Below are positions 1-7,367 of a stretch of DNA of 64,000 nucleotides, in pieces. Source of the DNA: an uncultured virus (IMG/VR IMGVR_UViG_3300028888_000091). Taxonomy: Duplodnaviria; Heunggongvirae; Uroviricota; Caudoviricetes. Below the pieces are notes generated by a model. It saw only the letters and a program-made list of their open reading frames with translations. It was not told the origin of the DNA and made no database searches. The translations under genes were made by a program, and so were the position numbers. The stretch lies in the IMG/VR virus record IMGVR_UViG_3300028888_000091. One strand, given 5' to 3'. Each line of letters starts with the position of its first letter. The first letter of the stretch is position 1.

Positions 1-16
1 AATTGATGATAGTGAT

Positions 17-244
17 ATGAGTAATGATACAGAAATGTATATATTCATAGATACAAAAATAAAAGAAGATGATTTTAACAATTATGATATGTTTGAATTG
101 TATTTAAATGATTTTAAAAGTGAATGTGATGAATTTATTGAATTACTTGATAAATCTATTCCATTTGAACATTTAAATATGAGTTATATTTATATGGTAA
201 ATTGTTGTGAGTTACATTTTAGAATAAAAGAGTTGGATTTTTAA
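17..244 (+). CDS. Small acidic hypothetical protein (early region)
   Basis: ORF with upstream GTGAT SD-like site; D/E-rich; no recognisable family. Confidence 0.6.
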   Translation: MSNDTEMYIFIDTKIKEDDFNNYDMFELYLNDFKSECDEFIELLDKSIPFEHLNMSYIYMVNCCELHFRIKELDF

Positions 245-250
245 ATAATA

Positions 251-294
251 AACCGAAAGGTTTATATACTATGGTAACCAACATAATAATAGAT
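251..294 (+). promoter_or_regulatory. Strong archaeal early promoter, copy 1 (BRE CCGAAAGG + TATA TTTATATA)
   Basis: aaccgaaaggtttatatactatggtaaccaacataataatagat; 42/44 identical to 844-887; intergenic. Confidence 0.85.
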
Positions 295-316
295 GAATTA
301 AAGTCATCAGAGAAAG

Positions 317-526
317 GTGATAATTATGGAAATAATAGAAAAAATGATTAAAGATATTGAAGAATATTTTAGTAAAATTCATTTCAAAGTAATAGAATAT
401 ACTGATAATACTATTACTTGTGAAAGAGATGATTTTGATTTAAGAATTTATGATTATATTGAAGAAGAATATAATCTGAATATAGAATGTGATTTAGGAT
501 TTGATACAATAACAATAATGTGGTGA
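317..526 (+). CDS. Small acidic hypothetical protein
   Basis: First ORF after promoter copy 1; AGGTGA SD suggests the true start is a few codons downstream. Confidence 0.6.
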   Translation: MIIMEIIEKMIKDIEEYFSKIHFKVIEYTDNTITCERDDFDLRIYDYIEEEYNLNIECDLGFDTITIMW

Positions 527-843
527 TAAGAATGAAAAATAAGCATGATGAAATAATTGATAAGATTACAGATATATCCGAAAAATATGAATTTGAATAT
601 TTAGACCAAGATGATGACATAAATGAATTGAAATTAGAATATGTTGGAGATGATTTAATTATCAAATATGAAGAGGATTTTGAAAGATATGAAGAATGGA
701 GAGAAATATTAGATGAACAATCAAAAATAGTTGAAAGAGAATTTGAAAAAGCAATCAAAGAAATCAAAAAGAGTATTAATGTTAAAGAATATGTGTATGA
801 TGATTATGATTATCCATGCGTATACTTATATTATAATATATAG
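520..843 (+). CDS. Acidic hypothetical protein
   Basis: ORF coupled to the upstream gene, GGTGA SD. Confidence 0.65.
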   Translation: MVIRMKNKHDEIIDKITDISEKYEFEYLDQDDDINELKLEYVGDDLIIKYEEDFERYEEWREILDEQSKIVEREFEKAIKEIKKSINVKEYVYDDYDYPCVYLYYNI

Positions 844-887
844 AACCGAAAGGTTTATATACTATGGTAACTAATATAATAATAGAT
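844..887 (+). promoter_or_regulatory. Strong archaeal early promoter, copy 2
   Basis: aaccgaaaggtttatatactatggtaactaatataataatagat; near-identical to 251-294. Confidence 0.85.
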
Positions 888-930
888 AACATATTTGTTA
901 TCTTAAAATAAAAAAAGGTGTTGATTAAAA

Positions 931-1203
931 ATGATAGAATTATATTTAGATGAAACTATGAGAGAACAATTAATAACATATGATTTTGAACATTCAGAAA
1001 TATGTTATGATAATATAAAACAATATGTCAGAAATACTGAAAGTCAGATATTATATGATATTATTTATGATTTATTATATACTAACAAAAAGAGATTAGA
1101 AAAAATGGGATTTGAAAAAAAAGATTTAGAAATCATAAAAGAAAATGATGTGAATATAAAATTTACAAACAAAAGGAAATATTACATAAAAGAAATTAAT
1201 TAA
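931..1203 (+). CDS. Hypothetical protein, MIELYLD paralogue family copy 1
   Basis: Shares MI(E/K)LYLD..MR, Y(I/V)xN(T/S)E..IL, GF, (K/R)FT motifs with 1243-1560 and 1590-1862; leader AAGGTGTTGATTAAAA. Confidence 0.8.
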   Translation: MIELYLDETMREQLITYDFEHSEICYDNIKQYVRNTESQILYDIIYDLLYTNKKRLEKMGFEKKDLEIIKENDVNIKFTNKRKYYIKEIN

Positions 1204-1242
1204 AATCAATAATTTAGAGATAAAAAAAGGTGTTGATTAAAA

Positions 1243-1560
1243 ATGATAAAATTATATTTAGATAAACATATGAGAAATTTAATATTAGGTTATGAATTTG
1301 ATTATAGAGAATATGATTTTGATGAGTTTTTATTTTATATTAGAAATTCAGAAAAATATATTTTAAAAAACATATTAGAAAATTTAGAATATTATGTATT
1401 AGAAAGATTTGGATTTGATGAAAAAACAATTGAAATAATCTATGAATGTGAATTTGAAGTTAGGTTTACAAATAAAAAAGGATATTATTTAAAAGGACAT
1501 GAAAATATTGAATGGGTTGAATGTAATTTTGAAAATTTTGTAAAAAATTATTGTGGTTAA
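1243..1560 (+). CDS. Hypothetical protein, MIELYLD paralogue family copy 2
   Basis: Paralogue; leader identical to copy 1. Confidence 0.8.
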   Translation: MIKLYLDKHMRNLILGYEFDYREYDFDEFLFYIRNSEKYILKNILENLEYYVLERFGFDEKTIEIIYECEFEVRFTNKKGYYLKGHENIEWVECNFENFVKNYCG

Positions 1561-1589
1561 AAAAAATAAAAAATATGGAGTGATTTAGT

Positions 1590-1862
1590 ATGATTGAATT
1601 ATATTTAGATGAATGTATGAGAGAAAGATTGTTGAAATATGATATTGAAAGAAGTGAAATGACTTGTGATAATTGTATGTATTACATTAGTAATACTGAA
1701 AGTCAGATATTATTAGATATTATAGATAATCTTGATTTTGGAGATATTGACTTATTGAAAGAATTAGGATTTAAGGAAGAAGATATTGATTTGTTATTCA
1801 ATTATGATATAACTATCAAATTTACAGATGAAGATGAGTATTATATCCATAAATGTGTGTAG
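1590..1862 (+). CDS. Hypothetical protein, MIELYLD paralogue family copy 3
   Basis: Paralogue; different SD (GGAGTGA). Confidence 0.8.
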   Translation: MIELYLDECMRERLLKYDIERSEMTCDNCMYYISNTESQILLDIIDNLDFGDIDLLKELGFKEEDIDLLFNYDITIKFTDEDEYYIHKCV

Positions 1863-1915
1863 GTGTTAAAAAATATTGAATATGAATTTAGAATTAAAAT
1901 TAAAAGGTGTTGATT

Positions 1916-2473
1916 ATGAGTTTAAAACAAGCATTTGAAGAAATTAAAAAACAAGATTTAGAAATTGTAAAAGAATGGTTAGAAGAAAACAAAAATGAGT
2001 TACATTACAATAAAGAAAAAGAAGTATGGTTAATTGATGGAGTGGAAATTGTTGATGAATTATGGTATGAACAAAAAACAAATCTTCATCCAAAGGTAAT
2101 AATTAAAGATATTGAAAATATTATTGAAAAAAATATAATGAATACTGACAAAAATAAAAAAAATTATGCAAAAATTGTATTACTTGATGGTAATTGGGAT
2201 TATGAAGTATATTATGATGAAATATATGATAATGAATATTATACTCTCATAGATAAGCAATTAATGGGAGCAAAAATTAGTGAGGAAATTAAATCAAATA
2301 TTGAAGTTACTGATGTTCTTAAAGAAAATGCAAATGAATGTGATGATTTATGGGAAATGTTTGATGATGAATTTGTTGATGATTTACTTTCAGAAATAGA
2401 TGGACATATAACAAACAAATTAAGAAATGAAATTGCAACATATACATTAGGAGAATTATTAGGGGGTTGGTAG
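1916..2473 (+). CDS. Acidic hypothetical protein (start revised to ATG 1916)
   Basis: AAGGTGTTGATT directly precedes the in-frame ATG at 1916. Confidence 0.7.
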   Translation: MSLKQAFEEIKKQDLEIVKEWLEENKNELHYNKEKEVWLIDGVEIVDELWYEQKTNLHPKVIIKDIENIIEKNIMNTDKNKKNYAKIVLLDGNWDYEVYYDEIYDNEYYTLIDKQLMGAKISEEIKSNIEVTDVLKENANECDDLWEMFDDEFVDDLLSEIDGHITNKLRNEIATYTLGELLGGW

Positions 2474-2474
2474 A

Positions 2475-2738
2475 ATGGATTGGTATGATATTACTTGGGA
2501 ATTAAGACAAGATGAAATGATTAAATCTTGTGGTTGTGATGGATTAGTAGATAGTTATTATAGTTTGAAAGGATTATATCATATGTGGGAATTAGGAGTA
2601 GATTTAAAAAATGAGTTTATATTAGATGTTATAAATTCTGCTATTGATGGTAGGAATAGATATTGTGGATTAAATGGAGTAAAAAAATTAGAGTATGTAA
2701 AATTTGAAAATGGAGAATTTATTTGGAATAATGAATAA
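2475..2738 (+). CDS. Hypothetical protein, paralogue pair copy 1
   Basis: WEL.QDE..SLKGLY..VDLK.EFILDVINS..LEYVK.E.GEF.W shared with 2757-3029. Confidence 0.8.
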   Translation: MDWYDITWELRQDEMIKSCGCDGLVDSYYSLKGLYHMWELGVDLKNEFILDVINSAIDGRNRYCGLNGVKKLEYVKFENGEFIWNNE

Positions 2739-2756
2739 TATTATGGTGATGATTTT

Positions 2757-3029
2757 ATGAATTGGCAAGAAATAATTTGGGAATTACAACAAGATGAAGT
2801 AATAGATGCTTATCAGAATAATGATTTAAGAAATGCTTATTGTAGTTTGAAAGGATTATATTGTATAAGGGAATTAGATGTAGATTTAAAAGATGAGTTT
2901 ATATTAGATGTTATAAATTCTGTAATTAGTGAAAGGAATATATATGGAAAAATAGATGGAGTAAAAGATTTGGAGTATGTAAAGATAGAAGATGGAGAAT
3001 TTGTATGGGATAATGAATGTTATGTATAA
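2757..3029 (+). CDS. Hypothetical protein, paralogue pair copy 2
   Basis: Tandem duplicate of 2475-2738, also similar at DNA level. Confidence 0.8.
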   Translation: MNWQEIIWELQQDEVIDAYQNNDLRNAYCSLKGLYCIRELDVDLKDEFILDVINSVISERNIYGKIDGVKDLEYVKIEDGEFVWDNECYV

Positions 3030-3043
3030 TGGAGTGATTTAAT

Positions 3044-3355
3044 ATGGGAATATATTTTAATATGGTGAATGGAAAAGGTGAAGAAATAATTTGTAATTGG
3101 AAAAAAATGATTGGAAAAATTGAAAGTAGAATATTAAAAGAAAAAGGAGAATTAATTGAATTAGAATTAGATAAAGAATATTATCTTGATATTCAAGATA
3201 TTACAAGAATTATAGATTATTATGAAGAATTAATTGATGGATATACAGATAATATGTGTCTTGGAGATGTAGGAATTGTAAGGAATATATACTTACCAAA
3301 TTTAAAAAAACAATTAGATAAAAAAGAACAAAAATACATAATTGTATGGAATTAA
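3044..3355 (+). CDS. Hypothetical protein
   Basis: ORF with GGAGTGA SD. Confidence 0.7.
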   Translation: MGIYFNMVNGKGEEIICNWKKMIGKIESRILKEKGELIELELDKEYYLDIQDITRIIDYYEELIDGYTDNMCLGDVGIVRNIYLPNLKKQLDKKEQKYIIVWN

Positions 3356-3377
3356 TATATATGGAGTTTGATTTAAA

Positions 3378-3857
3378 ATGAATTTTAATGAACAAAAAAC
3401 TATGGTAATGTTAATTGATAATGTATTATCTAATATATATAATACTGATGATATGTTTAATATAGGATTTCGTTTGTGTGAAATTCTTGAATATAATAGT
3501 AAAAAATACAATATAAACAAATTAGAGTATAATGATTATATTGATGTTGAAGAAAAATTACAAAATTATTTAAGTGATATTGAAAAAAATTATAATGAAA
3601 AATTAGGTGGTTTAATGACTGGAAAATTAATTAGAGTATGTAAAAGATGTGGTTGTGAAGTTGTATATGATGATTTGGAAGATTTTGTAAGTAAGGATTA
3701 TGATTGTGCTTGTCTTGTATGTGATGAAGATTTAGATTTATGGGAAACAGAATTAGTGCCAAAAGAAGAAGTAAAAATGTTTGTGAATGAAGAAGATAAA
3801 AATTATTATTTAAAGAATGGTTATTTACCATCAAAATTTGATAAAGTTACAGTATAA
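3378..3857 (+). CDS. Hypothetical protein with C-terminal Zn-finger (CxxC...CxxC)
   Basis: CKRC and CLVC; internal SD AGGTGG plus in-frame ATG at 3615. Confidence 0.7.
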   Translation: MNFNEQKTMVMLIDNVLSNIYNTDDMFNIGFRLCEILEYNSKKYNINKLEYNDYIDVEEKLQNYLSDIEKNYNEKLGGLMTGKLIRVCKRCGCEVVYDDLEDFVSKDYDCACLVCDEDLDLWETELVPKEEVKMFVNEEDKNYYLKNGYLPSKFDKVTV

Positions 3858-3874
3858 AATTCGGGGGAAAATTA

Positions 3875-4384
3875 ATGATTATAGATGAAAAAATATATAT
3901 ATTTCCAAATGGAAATATGAGATTATTATCAAAAACAAGATATACTTATAAGATAGATGAAATAGAAAAAAAACTTAAAAAATGGTATTCTCTTCATCCG
4001 TATAGTAAAAAAATAAATGAAACAGTATTTTGTGGGGATTATAGGATAGACCAACAAAGACCACAACGAAATGTGTATAGTGAAGTATATTGGAAAATAA
4101 TTAGTATAAGTGAAATGGAAAAAAGAGTATTAGATGAAACAGTAAAAAAAATAGAGAGTAATATTAATTATCCAACAGTTTATGATGATGGGAAAAATAT
4201 ATATTATGAAGAAACAATCCATTGTCCGAATTGTGGAAGAAGAAGAAAAGTATTAACAAGTAAAACAAATTGTGAATATTGTGGATTTGAATTTAGTAAA
4301 GGGGAACGATGTCCTAATTGTAATGATTTGAATTTAAAAAATTCTAATTATTGTATTCAATGTGGAAATAAATTAAAGGAGTAG
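3875..4384 (+). CDS. Zinc-ribbon (double zinc ribbon-like) protein
   Basis: CPNCG, CEYCG, CPNC, CIQCG. Confidence 0.8.
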   Translation: MIIDEKIYIFPNGNMRLLSKTRYTYKIDEIEKKLKKWYSLHPYSKKINETVFCGDYRIDQQRPQRNVYSEVYWKIISISEMEKRVLDETVKKIESNINYPTVYDDGKNIYYEETIHCPNCGRRRKVLTSKTNCEYCGFEFSKGERCPNCNDLNLKNSNYCIQCGNKLKE

Positions 4385-4389
4385 ATAAA

Positions 4390-4830
4390 ATGAGTAATGA
4401 GAGTAAAATATTAGAACATATTAATAATATAATGAATTTAACAATGTATTGTAGTGAATGTGGTTCAAAAAATAGTAAAGAAAATAATTATTGTCTTAAT
4501 TGTGGACATAAATTGAAAAGTATTTCTGAAAATGATGAATTGTATAGGAAATATTGTGTCTTTTGTGGAGAACAATTAAAAAAAGATGATGATTATTGTA
4601 GGTATTGTGGTAATAGTGTATCTTATGAAACAAGAAAGATAAAAATATGTTCTGTTTGTGGAGAATGGTGTGATGATGAAAGATATTGTTGGAATTGTGG
4701 GCATGATAATTCTAAAAATGTTCATATTCTAAAATTATTAAGTGAAAAAAAATGTCCGAATTGTAATTCTTACTATGATGGTTGTTATAGTTATTGTGAT
4801 GATTGTGGAACAAAATTAATAAAAAAATAA
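4390..4830 (+). CDS. Multi zinc-ribbon protein
   Basis: Eight CxxC motifs forming four ribbons. Confidence 0.85.
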   Translation: MSNESKILEHINNIMNLTMYCSECGSKNSKENNYCLNCGHKLKSISENDELYRKYCVFCGEQLKKDDDYCRYCGNSVSYETRKIKICSVCGEWCDDERYCWNCGHDNSKNVHILKLLSEKKCPNCNSYYDGCYSYCDDCGTKLIKK

Positions 4831-4874
4831 AAAGTTAGGAGTGTTAAATATTTAAAAAGTTTGGAGGAATAATT

Positions 4875-5390
4875 ATGAGTGTAAAATGTGAAGTTAAAGC
4901 AAGAGAAGATTTAGGTGATTATTGGGCAAAATTATCATTTTCTTGTAATGGAAAACCATTGGAGTTAGATGATGATTTAATGGAAGAATTATGTGAAGAG
5001 ATTGATTTTACATATGGGCAAGAAGGAAATTATCTAATTAATGATAATACTTCATTGTTTTGTGAAATTTCAAGATACCATTGGGGTGTATTTGAATTTA
5101 ATGATGAGTATTATAAAGAAGAAACCAAAGAAGTTATGGAAGAACATATTAGAAGTGCAGAGGAAATATTCAAAAAACAATTAGTTAGAAATCTTGGAAT
5201 ATATACTATTGCAAGTGAATTAGTGGCAAAAAAACTATTGGAGAATTATGAAATCGCAAGTGTTGATGATGGGAAAGTAGATAAAATTGCTTCATCTATT
5301 GAACAAATGTTTGAACAAATGGATTTGAATGAATTATATAATATGTCTGATGAAAAAGTTATAAAAATAATAATTGAAGAATTTATATAA
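4875..5390 (+). CDS. Acidic hypothetical protein
   Basis: GGAGG SD; no family recognised. Confidence 0.75.
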   Translation: MSVKCEVKAREDLGDYWAKLSFSCNGKPLELDDDLMEELCEEIDFTYGQEGNYLINDNTSLFCEISRYHWGVFEFNDEYYKEETKEVMEEHIRSAEEIFKKQLVRNLGIYTIASELVAKKLLENYEIASVDDGKVDKIASSIEQMFEQMDLNELYNMSDEKVIKIIIEEFI

Positions 5391-5426
5391 TAATTAAAAT
5401 TTTCAAATAATATGGAGGTATTAAAA

Positions 5427-5741
5427 ATGAGTAATTATAATCAATTAGTATTATGGATAGGTACAATTGTAGGTGAAGAAAATATTGAAGAATTTGAAAA
5501 ATATTTTGAAGAACAATTTGGATTTAGAGTAAAATACTTTAAGGAATTTAAATTACTTAATGAATATGAAAATAATTGTGTATTATTTTATATTCATTCA
5601 GAAGATATTCCAAAGTTTAGTTTATTTAGAATACAAACAAATGATATGAAATGGTTTGAAGATTATGTTGAAAATAATATATCTGAAATTCCATCTGAAA
5701 TTTTGGAATGGTATCCTAAATATATAAAAAATTATTTATAG
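5427..5741 (+). CDS. Hypothetical protein (start revised to 5427)
   Basis: GGAGGT SD precedes in-frame ATG 5427. Confidence 0.7.
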   Translation: MSNYNQLVLWIGTIVGEENIEEFEKYFEEQFGFRVKYFKEFKLLNEYENNCVLFYIHSEDIPKFSLFRIQTNDMKWFEDYVENNISEIPSEILEWYPKYIKNYL

Positions 5742-5769
5742 TATTAAATTATAATATAAAATAGAGATT

Positions 5770-5968
5770 AAAAATAATGTTTGGGAGAATGGATGTGTTA
5801 TTAAAAGAATAAATTTATTTAATTTATTTTATTAAATATTGTTTATTTTTTATCAACACCTTATAAATAATATTTTAAATCGGATTTGGAAGAACAAACT
5901 TTTAAGAAATACAACACCTTTGTTATTCTTTTTTTAATATATCCATTCTTCCAAATATTATTTTTTTT
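5770..5968 (+). ncRNA. Candidate structured small RNA with loops antisense to early-gene ribosome-binding sites
   Basis: 42-bp closing stem 5771-5812/5923-5964 (36 WC, 4 G-U, 2 U-U); inner 13-bp hairpin 5834-5875; two CAACACCUU motifs; ends in a U-tract. Confidence 0.65.
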
Positions 5969-6206
5969 CTTCAATAAAAAAAAGTTATTTTTAAAAATTT
6001 TAGTTATTTTTTTTCTTCAAAATAAAAAGGAGTGTGAAGATTTTTAGATTATTCTTTCCATTTAAATCTATTGAAATCTTCATTTTGTTTTAATGATTGC
6101 AATGTATATGATAAAGAAAATTTAATTATATTTTCATAATTTTTTTCACCAGTATATTTTCCAATTTCTTTAATCCAATGATTATGTGAAAATTTTTGAA
6201 TTTCTT

Positions 6207-6506
6207 TCATAATTTCATTGCTCTTATTTTTGATTTTAATTTTTCATTTTCACGATTTATTTTATTCATTATTTTTGTGCAATTTTCTGCTTCTTCATAA
6301 TTATAGCACATTATTATTTCATCTGATAATTTGTCAAGTACATTTATTCCATCTTGATAATATCTGTCAATGTTGATTTTTTTAATTTTGACTTCATTTT
6401 TTTCTAACCATTTGATGTCTGCATCATAAAAAAATGTATTGTCTGATATAATGTTTTTATTATTTATAAAAATGGATAAAATTTCTCCATAAATCATGAT
6501 TTTCAC
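6207..6506 (-). CDS. Hypothetical protein
   Basis: ORF only. Confidence 0.55.
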   Translation of the reverse strand: MKIMIYGEILSIFINNKNIISDNTFFYDADIKWLEKNEVKIKKINIDRYYQDGINVLDKLSDEIIMCYNYEEAENCTKIMNKINRENEKLKSKIRAMKL

Positions 6507-6680
6507 CTATTTTAATATGTTAAAATTGATTAAATTAATACTTATCAATAAAAGTACCAATTTAATCAATCATTTTTTTATTTTAATTGATATACCAATC
6601 AAAGTCCTTAATTTGATAATGTTTCATATAGATAACATTACCAAAATACATCATTCTTGAAACTCAATTTTTTTAATATT

Positions 6681-7106
6681 TTACCTATCTTCATACATTG
6701 CACATAATAAATCAAAATTATTACTAATAAAAGTAAAAATCTTACTATAAAATTTATATTCCAACTCACAAGATTTCAAAGTAACTTGTAAAGGTTTAAG
6801 TTTTAAATTAATAACACTATCCCTTTGAGTTTGATTAGTAACTTTTGCCAAACCATTACCTTCACGAAGTGCATTTTCTTCATTCCAATTAATACTAATT
6901 TGATAATCATCTTTCTTAAAATCATATCTTAATTTAGCATTAACATATTTCAAATGACTTTCCTTAACTAATTTTAACAATTCATCTAAATGAGATAAAT
7001 AATATTCAATATCTTCAACATCAATATCTTCAATTAAATTTTTATTGTTTTTATCATTCTCAACATTGTTTTCTTCTTGGATTTTTTTAAAATCATCTAA
7101 ACCCAT
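6681..7106 (-). CDS. Hypothetical coiled-coil protein
   Basis: GAGGTGA SD; helical composition. Confidence 0.7.
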   Translation of the reverse strand: MGLDDFKKIQEENNVENDKNNKNLIEDIDVEDIEYYLSHLDELLKLVKESHLKYVNAKLRYDFKKDDYQISINWNEENALREGNGLAKVTNQTQRDSVINLKLKPLQVTLKSCELEYKFYSKIFTFISNNFDLLCAMYEDR

Positions 7107-7118
7107 AATAAATTCACC

Positions 7119-7313
7119 TCAAAATTTCCCATTTTTTGATATTACAAAATCAATTAAACTATCCAAATCCATTTCAATCATATTCATATCACAAATAATC
7201 ATGAAAACTGATTTTGGAGTTATACATATAATTTCATAATCATAATATTGTAAACAATCACCTACATCTAATTGTTTAATTTTTTTAATGTATTTTTTAC
7301 ATATTTTATCCAT
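7119..7313 (-). CDS. Hypothetical protein
   Basis: Short ORF in operon orientation. Confidence 0.55.
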   Translation of the reverse strand: MDKICKKYIKKIKQLDVGDCLQYYDYEIICITPKSVFMIICDMNMIEMDLDSLIDFVISKNGKF

Positions 7314-7324
7314 ATTAAATATAA

Positions 7325-7362
7325 GAAAAAGGAAAATTTATGAAAAATCATAAATTCCTTTT
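7325..7362 (-). terminator. Hairpin plus U-tract after nrdD
   Basis: aatttatga/tcataaatt stem flanked by aaaagg/cctttt; U-run on the - strand. Confidence 0.6.
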
Positions 7363-7367
7363 AATCT

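Noticed and set aside
5741..6207. Mini-CRISPR array (repeated CAACACCTT, one ATTGAAAT)
   Set aside because: The repeat is only 9 nt; there are no ~30-nt direct repeats with regular spacers.
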